Below are positions 38,974 to 48,252 of a stretch of 64,000 nucleotides of DNA, one piece after another. Below the pieces are notes generated by a model. It was not told the DNA's origin. It saw nothing but the letters and a program-made list of their open reading frames with translations, and ran no database searches. The position numbers and the translations under genes are program-made. The stretch is from Thermodesulfobacteriota bacterium (GTDB lineage: Bacteria > Desulfobacterota > Binatia > Bin18): the NCBI GenBank assembly GCA_964291405.2, contig OZ219926.1, positions 3,328,001-3,392,000 on the forward strand, read 5' to 3'. Position 1 is the first letter of the stretch; every line of letters begins with the position of its first letter.

Positions 38974-40308
38974 TTACGCCACTTCCCGAATGACCGGCAT
39001 GCCGTCTGATGGAGCAAACGTAATACTCCGCCGGACAACACGCACGGTATGTCCCGGAACTGGCCGGAGTGCGACCCGAGACAATATCTGGGCCAGGACG
39101 ATTTTCATCTCGTATGTGGCAAAGGCTGCACCCAGACAGTGACGGACTCCTCCGCCAAAAGGAAAAAAAGTATAGGGATCAACGCGTTTCCCAACAAACC
39201 GGTCAGGGTTAAACGTCTCGGGCTCGGGCCACAATTCCGGCCGCCGGTGGGTGAGGTAAATACACGGCGCGGCCACACAGTCCGCAGGTATTTCGTACGC
39301 TCCGATCTGGGTTGGCTGTTCGAGATAGCGGGCCACGACCGGGACAATGGGATTGAGTCGGGCCGTCTCTTTGATGGTCGCATCGAGATACTCAAGCTCG
39401 GAAATGTGCTCGGCTTGTATGGGACTCCCTCCGACCACGCGCTGGAGCTCGGCGCGAACTTTTTCGAGAACGTCCGGATTTTGTAATAGGCGGTGAACGA
39501 CCCAGGACAGCGAAGTAGCAGTGGTCTCATGTCCGGCCAGCAGCATGGTGATCATCTCATCGCGTAGCTCTTGATCGCTCATGGGCTGACCATCTTCGTC
39601 TCGGGCTTCAATGAGCATGGCCATGATATCGGCGCGTCCGTTTTGGGCTGCGGCCTTGCGTTGGGTAATCTGCTCGTACAGTACTGTATCGATTTCGCGA
39701 CTGAGTTGACCGATGCGTTGCCACGCGGTGAGCGGCCCCAGGTTGACTTGCAGCCAACGGATTAAGAGGAGAGGGCTGTTCCCTACGAGCCTGAGAAACT
39801 CAATCAGCAAGGACCGCAGTTTCTGGAGCAGTGCACCTTCGTCCACGCCAAAGACGGTCCGTAGAATGATGTCAAGCGTGATGGCCTGCATACGTTCGTG
39901 AATGGGGAAGGGCTGTTCCACCGGCCAGTTGTCAATCGACCGATCTGCGGCCTTACGCATGATCTCGCCATAGAGGCGCATGCGTTCGCCATGAAACGGC
40001 GGCATGAGCAATTTGCGCTCCCGTTTATGGCGTGCGCCATCAAGCAACAGGATTGAGTTCTCACCTAAAATCGGTTTGAGAACCACATTCCCCCGACCCG
40101 CCAGGGCGCGCTCGGGTGATGCGGTAAAGATCTGTTTAATGGCAACCGGGTTGCTGAAGAACGCGATCGGCGGCGTATTGAGCCAACGCATGGTGAAACA
40201 CTCACCATACTCTTGGACATATTTCCGCATGATGGGTATGGGCCTGCGAACCCAGTTCAGAGTCTGGAACAGCCGCGGGAGCCTCGGACCGGGGGGAAGG
40301 GAGCTCAT
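38974..40308 (-). CDS. Cytochrome P450
   Basis: LPPGP, AGHETTA, ETAR (ExxR), FNPDRF, FPFGGGVRHCLG heme motif. Confidence 0.96.
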   Translation of the reverse strand: MSSLPPGPRLPRLFQTLNWVRRPIPIMRKYVQEYGECFTMRWLNTPPIAFFSNPVAIKQIFTASPERALAGRGNVVLKPILGENSILLLDGARHKRERKLLMPPFHGERMRLYGEIMRKAADRSIDNWPVEQPFPIHERMQAITLDIILRTVFGVDEGALLQKLRSLLIEFLRLVGNSPLLLIRWLQVNLGPLTAWQRIGQLSREIDTVLYEQITQRKAAAQNGRADIMAMLIEARDEDGQPMSDQELRDEMITMLLAGHETTATSLSWVVHRLLQNPDVLEKVRAELQRVVGGSPIQAEHISELEYLDATIKETARLNPIVPVVARYLEQPTQIGAYEIPADCVAAPCIYLTHRRPELWPEPETFNPDRFVGKRVDPYTFFPFGGGVRHCLGAAFATYEMKIVLAQILSRVALRPVPGHTVRVVRRSITFAPSDGMPVIREVA

Positions 40309-40354
40309 AAAAAAAATCTACGAGACTCTGAGGCGAAGGGCAAGCTGTAGAATA

Positions 40355-41550
40355 CTAAATCACCCCGTCCTCTTTGAGTACCTGAATTTCAGCCTCGGAC
40401 AAGCCCAGCAATTTGCTGTACACCAGTTCGTTATGCTCTTCGGACTTGGGGTGTCGTTGGGAGGCTGCTGGTCGTTAAAACGCCAGGGTGCACCGAGCAC
40501 GGTGACAGGACCGGCGGTGGGATGATCGATATCCTTGAGGATGCCGCGTTCGCGCAGGTGGGGGTCGTTGAGGACTTCTTCGACGGTCTGGACCGCCCCA
40601 CAGGTGATATCCGCCTCGCCACACAGGCGCATGATCTCGTGTTTTGGATGACGTGAGGTCCAGGCGCTGACAATCGCATCCACTTCATCCGCGTGTTTGG
40701 AGCGGGCTCTATTGGTCGCGAATTTTTCGTCCCGGGCGATATCCTCACGTCCCATGAGGGTACACAGCGCCTGCCAGCGCTGATTGTCCGAGGTCAACAA
40801 TAAGACGTAGCCGTCACTGGCGGGATAACAATTATACGGAGAGAAGGCGCGGTTCGGCGCCCGGTTGCCGGCGCGCTCATAGCTGCCACCTTGGGCGCGG
40901 TAGGCCGATATCTGGGCGGTCAGCGGTCCGATGGCCGACTCGAACAGCGAGGTTTCTACTTCGAGCCCCTCTCCGGTGCGGTCGCGTTGATGCAGGGCCG
41001 CCAGTATGCCGGCCGCAAAATGGATGCCTGCCATAATGTCCATAATCGGTGGCCCGGCCTTCATCGGTGGGCCGGCCGGATCGCCCGTTGTGCTCATGAT
41101 ACCGGACAGGGCTTGGACAATGGAGTCAAACGCGGGGTAGGCGCTGTACGGGCCGGTCTTGCCATAGCCCGAGCTTGACGCGTAAATGATACGCGGGTTG
41201 AGGCGCTTCAAGTCCTGATAGCCCAGCCCCAACTTGTCCATGGTCCCGGCGGTAAAGTTCTCGACGACAATATCGGCGTGTGTCACAAACTGTTTGAACA
41301 GCTCTTTGCCGCGTTCGGATTTGAGATTGAGCGTGATGCCTTTTTTGTTCGAGTTGAGCATCACAAAGGGATAACTCTGCTTTTCGGTGTCCGGAATGGG
41401 AAAAATGCTGCGCGCGCGCTCACCGTAGGGACGCGGCTCGATCTTAATGACTTCGGCTCCGAGCAGCGCTAACACCTGGGCGGCATAGGGACCGTTAAAG
41501 ACGTGGGTGAGATCAAGAACGCGGATATCATCGAGTGCTCGCATAGACAC
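40355..41550 (-). CDS. CaiB/BaiF class III CoA transferase, frameshifted near the C-terminus
   Basis: IRVLDLT..GP, LGAEVIKIE, NSNKKGITLNLK, VENF, AFDSIVQ; family tail EHNELVYSKLLGLSEAEIQVLKEDGVI-TAG lies in another frame after about 40439. Confidence 0.85.
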
Positions 41551-41666
41551 TTCCCTTCATCAGCGGTCAGCTATCAGTCGATGCAGGGAAAGGCAAGCAA
41601 GAGAGGGGATTTTCTGAGAGGAGAAGAAAGGAGTACAAAGAGGAGGAAACACTCGGGAGGTGGACT

Positions 41667-43103
41667 ATGCTGGATCTCATCATTAGCGGGGGAACTGTTG
41701 TGACGCCCCACACCACGGCGGAACTGGATGTAGGCATTGCCGGGGAGCATATCGTTGCCGTGGGCCAACCGGGAACTCTGAATGCCTCTGCCGGACGGGT
41801 GATCGATGCAACGGGAAAAATCGTCCTGCCGGGCGGGATTGAGCCGCATGCCCATATTGGCATTCCCGTCCCGCCGGACTGGACCGGCCAGCCGGACGTG
41901 ATGACCCAGCCTCCCGAGGCGGCCAGTCGGGCGGCCGCGTTCGGTGGGGTGACGACCATTATCGATTTTGCCGGCGACCTGTCCCGCAAGGCGCTCCGCG
42001 GAGAACGGCGCCGCCCGCTGCTTGAGGTGCTTGAGCGCCGGCGGGCTGTCTTTCGCGACCACTGCTACACGGACTTCGCCTTTCACTACATGCTTGCCGG
42101 GGAATGCGGACACCAGGCCGCGGGCCAGATTGCCGAGGCACTACAAGAGGGCGTAGGCAGCTTCAAGATTTTTACCACCACGGAGGTGCGCATCCCGTAC
42201 GGACATCTGTGGGAGATTTTTGCCGAAGTGGCCAAACACGGCGGTATGATGGCCGTTCACGCGGAAGAGGACGAGATTGTGAATTATATGCTTGAGAAGC
42301 TTAAGCGTGAAGGCCGCGACCAAGCCTATAATATGCACCTCGTCCACAACAATCTGTCCGAAGACTTGGCCTTTCGGACGATCATTCGTCTGGCCGAGCA
42401 CACCGGCACCGGGGTGTATTTCGTCCATACCACGGCCAAAGAAGGCGTGCGTGCCATTGCCGAAGCGCGCCAGTCCGGACAGCCCGTATACGGCGAGGCC
42501 CTGCATCACTATCTGCACTTCACCTGTGAAGATTATAAGAAGCCGGACGGCATGGCGATTCATACCTATCCGGCGCTGAAATTCGCCGACGACCGAGAGG
42601 CTCTGGTGGACGGGTTACTCGACGGACGCCTGTGCACCACGGCCACGGACGAGTATACGACCTATAAAGGCCCCAAACTGTTCAGCGATCGTATCGAATC
42701 CATCTGCGGTGGGCATAACGGCATCGAGACGCGTATTCCGGTGGCGTTCACGAAATGTGTGGTCGAACGGGATATGCCGCTCCAGCGCTTTGCCGACATC
42801 ATCGCTACCAACGCAGCCAAGATTCTGGGTCTGTATCCGCAAAAGGGTGCCATTCAGCCGGGCAGTGATGCGGATATTGTCCTGCTCGACCCTCAGTTGA
42901 TCAAAACGCTGGAGGTAGAGGACCTACACGCCGACTCCGACTACAGCATTTGGGAAGGATTTACCTGCCAGGGTTATCCGGTGATGACGCTCTTGCGTGG
43001 GAAGGTGATTGTCGAAGACGGCAAGCTCGTCGGCCACTCGACGGGCGGGCGCTGGCTGAAGCGCAAGATCGGGGGGGATGTTTTGGTTCGGCCCGCTCTT
43101 TGA
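41667..43103 (+). CDS. Cyclic amidohydrolase (dihydropyrimidinase/hydantoinase-like)
   Basis: IDATGKIVLPGGIEPHAH, AAAFGGVTT, SFKIF, VHAE, FVH, NAAKILGLYPQKGAIQPGSDADIV. Confidence 0.9.
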   Translation: MLDLIISGGTVVTPHTTAELDVGIAGEHIVAVGQPGTLNASAGRVIDATGKIVLPGGIEPHAHIGIPVPPDWTGQPDVMTQPPEAASRAAAFGGVTTIIDFAGDLSRKALRGERRRPLLEVLERRRAVFRDHCYTDFAFHYMLAGECGHQAAGQIAEALQEGVGSFKIFTTTEVRIPYGHLWEIFAEVAKHGGMMAVHAEEDEIVNYMLEKLKREGRDQAYNMHLVHNNLSEDLAFRTIIRLAEHTGTGVYFVHTTAKEGVRAIAEARQSGQPVYGEALHHYLHFTCEDYKKPDGMAIHTYPALKFADDREALVDGLLDGRLCTTATDEYTTYKGPKLFSDRIESICGGHNGIETRIPVAFTKCVVERDMPLQRFADIIATNAAKILGLYPQKGAIQPGSDADIVLLDPQLIKTLEVEDLHADSDYSIWEGFTCQGYPVMTLLRGKVIVEDGKLVGHSTGGRWLKRKIGGDVLVRPAL

Positions 43104-43390
43104 TGCTATTGTCCGTCTAACAGGCCATGACTACGTGGGACCCACAACAATATCAGCGCTTTCAAAAGGAACGCGCCCAGCCGTCGGTCCATGCCTGACT
43201 TTTTGCGGCACCAGCATGTCCTATTATACAGGTGCATCTGAAATATTTGAGGCTTCTCGCACGAGGTCAATTCGTGAGAGTTTGTCTGAAGGAGGAAATC
43301 CTTAACTGGAAAAATAGAGCAATATCGGGTATATACTCCAGAGCTTCTTGCGCGGTTTCACCGAAGCGAGGCTGGCTGCTCTGGGGATAC

Positions 43391-43933
43391 GTGTTGGTAA
43401 AAATAAAAGAATTTTCTGCGGCATTGTATGTACCAGTATTGTTGTCATTGGCCGTGCTTTCGCATCATCTCATTCGAACCTCCCGCTACGATCTTTCGAC
43501 GTGGAAGGGAGGCGGGATGGGGATGTTTTCGACCCAGGATGATCACGACACACGCTTTGTATCGATTTGGCTGGAGACCGAAGCGGGTGAGTTTGTCGCC
43601 GCAAGGAGGAATATCGGGAAGCCCCTAGACCGCTATGTGGCCGAACCCACCGCCTCCAATTTGCAGGCCCTCTGCCGGCATCTCGGCGAGGTCGTCTGGA
43701 TTGACGCAAGACAGAGCAAAACCCCTATTCACACCACCGAAAGCGCCAAGCCGGTTCCAGTGGCTATGGTTCAACGTGTGGCATCCGCCGCAGGTGAGCC
43801 CCTCATTACTCGTCGTATTCGCGTGATTGGTTTTAAGCTCGTTGTGGACGTAGCCAGCGGAGAGCTGCACCACCAAACTCTTGGAACCCTCAGTTGCGAA
43901 GCGAACGCAGCGAGCGGTGATGGACGCGGTTGA
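43391..43933 (+). CDS. Hypothetical membrane-anchored protein (SdpA-like architecture)
   Basis: One N-terminal TM then LSTWKGGGMGMFST and a soluble domain; overlaps next gene; start uncertain (ORF open from 43232). Confidence 0.6.
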   Translation: MLVKIKEFSAALYVPVLLSLAVLSHHLIRTSRYDLSTWKGGGMGMFSTQDDHDTRFVSIWLETEAGEFVAARRNIGKPLDRYVAEPTASNLQALCRHLGEVVWIDARQSKTPIHTTESAKPVPVAMVQRVASAAGEPLITRRIRVIGFKLVVDVASGELHHQTLGTLSCEANAASGDGRG

Positions 43934-44816
43934 TCGTCTTCGCAGCCACCCTGTGGTGGGACAATTGGCCGGCGCGACACCGCGCGATTCTTTTACTGTC
44001 ATCACTTCTCTCACCCTTGGTATTCTTGTCTTTCGCGGCTACCGTCACGACTATTTTGAAATTCCCTTTCAGTTGCTCTTTGTCGCATTCTTGCTTGTTC
44101 CCAGGCTCCGCACCCAGGCCCTCTTCTGGTTTTTGATTGCCTGTTTCAGTGGCGCGGCCTTGTGGCTCGACTGGCGGTCTGCCGACAACCACAAATACCT
44201 GCTGTTCTACTGGCTCGTGACCGTCTTTCTTGTCTGCAAACAGGGCGAACAGGAGCGACCTCTTATGGTCAAAAAGGTCGCCCGCTATCTGCTGTGCTTC
44301 ACCATGACGCTTGCCGTGGCGCAAAAATCTCTCTCACCTGACTATTTGAGTGGTGATTTTTTTCAATTTGTCCTTATGACAGATGAACGCTTTAGCGCCA
44401 TGGCTGCTCTATTCTGTGGCATTGCTCCCGAGGTTCTTGAAGCAAATCGGGTACTGTACCGCCAAGCCTCGGACCCGGTGAACCTGAACGCCACCTTTCC
44501 ACTCCTTTTCAGGAATGAAAAACTGGTATTGCTTGCCGGCGTCATGACGTGGCTCAACTACCTGATCGAGACCGCCATTGCTGTGCTTGTTCTGCTTCCG
44601 CTGTCAGTCCGTTGGTCAATCACCATGCATCTGCTGTTAATCGGCTTTATCACTGCCGTCTATGCTGTGGCTCCGGTCCTTGGCTTCGGCTGGCTGCTGA
44701 TTATTTGGGGCTATTGTCTCGCGCCCAACGAACTTGTCGCACTCCGCCTCAGTTATATTGCCTTATTTTTGCTTCTGTGTGTGTATGAAGCCCCGTGGTT
44801 GAGCTTGTTGGTGTGA
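43920..44816 (+). CDS. Multi-pass membrane protein, HTTM/SdpB/VKGC-like
   Basis: About 8 hydrophobic segments; DNHKYLLFYW, AVAQKSLSPDYLSG, TW..YLIE, MHL..IGF. Confidence 0.65.
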   Translation: MDAVDRLRSHPVVGQLAGATPRDSFTVITSLTLGILVFRGYRHDYFEIPFQLLFVAFLLVPRLRTQALFWFLIACFSGAALWLDWRSADNHKYLLFYWLVTVFLVCKQGEQERPLMVKKVARYLLCFTMTLAVAQKSLSPDYLSGDFFQFVLMTDERFSAMAALFCGIAPEVLEANRVLYRQASDPVNLNATFPLLFRNEKLVLLAGVMTWLNYLIETAIAVLVLLPLSVRWSITMHLLLIGFITAVYAVAPVLGFGWLLIIWGYCLAPNELVALRLSYIALFLLLCVYEAPWLSLLV

Positions 44817-44838
44817 AACTCTCTCATTCAGTGTTTTT

Positions 44839-45630
44839 ATGGCTATGTGGGACCCGCAACAATATCAGCGCTTTCAAAAGGAGCGCGCCCAGCCGTTCTT
44901 TGATTTAGTGAATCGTCTGCCGGATGGCGAGGTAAAAACGGCTGCCGATTTGGGCTGCGGACCGGGCGCGCTCACGGCGACTCTGACCGAACGCTGGCCC
45001 CATGCAACCGTGTGGGGGGTGGATAACTCGCCCCAGATGTTGGCCAAGGCCAGGGCGCTGCCGGCTCAGCCCCGGCTGCATTTTGTGGAAGCGGATATTG
45101 CCGAGTGGTCCCCGCCTCAACGGCTGGACCGCATCATCTCGAACGCGGCTCTGCACTGGGTGCCCGAGCATCAGACCGTTTTACAGCGCCTGGTCGGCCT
45201 GCTAACTCCACGCGGCGTGCTGGCGGTACAGGTGCCGAACAATCATGCGGAGGCCGCCCACCGGATTCTGCGTGAGTCAACGCAGCAAGAGCCGTGGAGG
45301 TCGCCGCTGGCCGGCTCGGAGGAGCGCTTTACGATACAGACCCCCCGCTGGTATGCCCAAACGCTCCACAGCCTCGGGTGTACAGTCCAGGTATGGGAGA
45401 CGATTTATTACCAGCTCTTGTCCGGTGAGAATGCGGTCCTGGAATGGATGAAAGGTACGGCCCTACGACCGACGCTTGAGCGCCTGGGTCAACGCCTCGG
45501 TCAGGATGGGCAGACCGCATTTCTGGATATGTACGGTCAGAAGCTCGCCCAGGCCTATCCGGTCGGTCCGAACGGGACGCTGTTTCCTTTTCGCCGCCTG
45601 TTCTTTATTGCGCAGCACGATGAGCCCTGA
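44839..45630 (+). CDS. tam: Trans-aconitate 2-methyltransferase-like SAM methyltransferase
   Basis: WDPQQY.RF..ER..PFFDL, DLGCGPG, SNAALHWVP.H, LAVQVP.N, W.KGTALRP, FPFRRLF. Confidence 0.85.
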   Translation: MAMWDPQQYQRFQKERAQPFFDLVNRLPDGEVKTAADLGCGPGALTATLTERWPHATVWGVDNSPQMLAKARALPAQPRLHFVEADIAEWSPPQRLDRIISNAALHWVPEHQTVLQRLVGLLTPRGVLAVQVPNNHAEAAHRILRESTQQEPWRSPLAGSEERFTIQTPRWYAQTLHSLGCTVQVWETIYYQLLSGENAVLEWMKGTALRPTLERLGQRLGQDGQTAFLDMYGQKLAQAYPVGPNGTLFPFRRLFFIAQHDEP

Positions 45631-45724
45631 TAACACTCCGGGCCATCTTGCCACTCACGGAGTCGGCTGAGTCTAAAAGCCAATCGAGAGGGCAATCCAC
45701 CACCAGCGGTGTTGAGAGATTGTT

Positions 45725-46954
45725 GTGTCAAACAGCACGCACAAACGCGCGATCTTCATTCTGGCCGGGGCGGTGTTTGCCACCATGCTGGGAAACGGTA
45801 TGGTGATGCCCTTCATTCCCGTGTATGTCGCGCAATTCGGCTTGGGCGGCCTGGGAGCAGGCTTGCTGTTCAGCGTCCATGCCGCCACCCGGACCGTGTT
45901 GTTGCCGTTCATCGGACGCGCGTCCGACCGCTGGGGCAGGCGTGGCTTTCTGCTGGTCGGGGTGCTGTTCTACGCCTTGGCCTCCCTGGCCTATCCCCTG
46001 GCCGACCGGGTCGCGGCCTTTGTCGGCATTATGGCGGTCCACGGCACGGGCATGGCCATCGTTCATCTGGTTTCCATGGCCTATGTCGGCGACTTGGCAC
46101 CCCGGGGTGAGGAGGGCCGCTACAGCGGCTATATGAATACCGCCCTCCTGGGTGGAATTGCCAGCGGACCTGTTTTGGGAGGAGTCATCCGCGACCTCTC
46201 TTCCATGTCGGTCAATTTTCTGGTGATGAGCATCCTGAGCGGGGTATCCCTTTTCTTGCTGGCGGTCCTGCTGCCTCCCGTCGAGTCCATCCGGACCGGA
46301 CCGAAAAACCCCAAGCCAGCTTCTACCACGCCCTGGCAATTACTCTCCTGTCGTCCGGTCGTCGGGGTGGCGAGTTTTCGTCTCGCCTATGCCTGCACGA
46401 ATGCCTTGATCTGGATATTCCTGCCGGTCCTGGCCGCCCAGCTATGGACCTTGTCCACGACGCAGATCGGGGTGCTAATCTCCGTCAACGTGATGGTCAG
46501 CACCGTACTGCAAGCCCCCTGCGGCCGGCTGGCCGACCGGAAGCGAAAGGCCGTGCTGATTGCCCTGGGTGGAGTCGGCAGCGCGCTGGCCCTGGCCGCC
46601 GTTCCGTTTGCGACCGCGTTCTGGCAGGTGCTGGCCCTCAATATCTGTATAGGTGCCTGCTATGGTTTGGCCTTCCCGGCCCATACCGCGGTCGGCATGG
46701 AGAACGCCGGCCCGTACGGCATGGCCACCGTCATGAGCCTGCTGATGATGGCGCACGGTGCCGGCATGATGGTCGGGCCGCTGCTATTCGGCGCCATTGC
46801 GGATCAGCTGAGTCTGGCCTGGGCGTTCTGGGCCGGGGGGCTGATCAACCTCGGCCTGGTCATCGCATGTTGGCTGTTGCTGGTCGGAGCGCCGACCAAG
46901 CTGGAAGTCGAACCACTCCGGCCCGTGAACACCGACCCCGTTGAGGCGGAGTGA
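45725..46954 (+). CDS. MFS transporter (DHA1-like)
   Basis: About 12 TM segments; motif A GRASDRWGRR and GRLADRKRK; GPVLGG. Confidence 0.9.
   Translation: MSNSTHKRAIFILAGAVFATMLGNGMVMPFIPVYVAQFGLGGLGAGLLFSVHAATRTVLLPFIGRASDRWGRRGFLLVGVLFYALASLAYPLADRVAAFVGIMAVHGTGMAIVHLVSMAYVGDLAPRGEEGRYSGYMNTALLGGIASGPVLGGVIRDLSSMSVNFLVMSILSGVSLFLLAVLLPPVESIRTGPKNPKPASTTPWQLLSCRPVVGVASFRLAYACTNALIWIFLPVLAAQLWTLSTTQIGVLISVNVMVSTVLQAPCGRLADRKRKAVLIALGGVGSALALAAVPFATAFWQVLALNICIGACYGLAFPAHTAVGMENAGPYGMATVMSLLMMAHGAGMMVGPLLFGAIADQLSLAWAFWAGGLINLGLVIACWLLLVGAPTKLEVEPLRPVNTDPVEAE
46838..46863 (+). repeat. Direct repeat, left copy (inside MFS 3' end)
   Basis: gggctgatcaacctcggcctggtcat; 25/26 identical to 47892-47917. 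Confidence 0.85.
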
Positions 46955-46989
46955 AGGCTTTCCAGAGGCGTCCTGCGTGGGATTAGAGG

Positions 46990-47372
46990 TTATGGGCACA
47001 GATCGTTGCGAAGAAGGCGTTTATGGGCACTGGTCTGATAAATTTTGCCTCTGACGATTGTCTTGAAGTCGGAGTGCAGATTTTCGTCGTTTGAGACCAG
47101 CAACTTCACTCCAGAAACCTGAGCCAAAGCGATAATATCCGGGTCGTCCGTCTGTTTCCTGCTCAACGGCAGGAAAGGTCCTGAGTTTTCCGGCCCTGCT
47201 GTATTGCTCAAACCGGCTTCTCACATTTGGAGACTTCTCTAATTCGATCTTCATCTTGCCCTGGTGAATAGGCAATCTTACCGCTCTTGTCGTCCACCCA
47301 CTTCCTTACGGGTTTCATGTCTTCATTATTTGGATCAAGAAAGAGGCTATTCGTGTCCAGGATTAAGCACAT
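46990..47372 (-). pseudogene. Frameshifted PIN-like protein
   Basis: Three frames join: MCLILDTNSLFLDPNNEDMKPVRKWV.. / KMKIELEKSPNVRSRFEQYSRAGKL.. / DDPDIIALAQVSGVKLLVSNDENLHSDF.. Confidence 0.7.
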
Positions 47373-47381
47373 GGTTTATCC

Positions 47382-47855
47382 TTAACCAAAACCAAGCAAT
47401 TTGTCGGATTCTCTAAGAAAGAATTCCCTATAGCTGCCCGGCGCACCCAGCAGGTTCGCTTGCTCGTCAAATTGGATATTGTGAACTTTGACACTATTAC
47501 CCGTCGGCTCCAGATAAAGGAGCGAAACATCTTCTGGCGAGATTCTTTTCTTCATGATCTCAATACGAGCACGGCCATGTGGTCGCTGTGTGTTTCATGA
47601 TGCTTCATCTGTCTGGCGAGATGATAGAGATGACAACTTGGATGCAGGTGCTGGCTGGCATTAAAAACGTTACTCTCGGAGGTGCGTTGAACACGCGTAC
47701 CTCACGCCGTAACCTACATCTATCATATTGGCTTTGGTCCTTTGACTTTGATTTGCAGGAAAGGGGTCACCCATCGATCTTCCGAGTCTCCTAACATCGA
47801 TGTCTGCGAATAATCCTGAAGCTACGCCGAATTTGACCAATCTCCCTTTGAGGCC
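47382..47855 (-). pseudogene. Eroded C-terminal part of an ABC/AAA_21-type ATPase (DUF3696-like tail)
   Basis: Fragments in order: LVKFGVASGLFADIDV, NMIDVGYGV (signature), FLM-QP-HLHP (Walker B/D-loop), ETHSDH (H-loop), ISPEDVSLLYLE..YREFFLRESDKLLGFG-TAA. Confidence 0.72.
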
Positions 47856-47891
47856 TTTTCGTTTGCTCTAAACATATTCATAAGGACCATT

Positions 47892-47917
47892 GGGCTGATC
47901 AACCTCGGCCTGATCAT
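47892..47917 (+). repeat. Direct repeat, right copy
   Basis: gggctgatcaacctcggcctgatcat. Confidence 0.85.
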
Positions 47918-48252
47918 AATCGCCTGAAACTATGCGCTATTGCTGGTAGGAGCTGATAAATTCTTTCGTCCTTCGACGCGAGATGGAAGGGCGAACCGCT
48001 CCGCAGCCTGTTCTGAAAAATTGATACCGATCTGCTGTTGAGGCGACCTCGCTACTAGTCGCCTTCTGTGCCTGAACAATGGGTTCAGACCTTTTTCTTT
48101 TTCTGTCAGCGCTTAACCTTTTCCTTCCGTTTCCGGGCTGTCCCCCAATGTGATAATACGGCTCGACGGGGGACACTCGTAAAACGATGGGAGAATTCTT
48201 GCCTGTGCCTCGCCGCCTGCGGTTCATAGGATGGTCTGGGACCGGACTCGGA

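Noticed and set aside
38974-41550. P450-GNAT-TPR-CoA transferase as a secondary-metabolite cluster
   Set aside because: No scaffold enzyme (PKS, NRPS, terpene synthase) or precursor peptide nearby.
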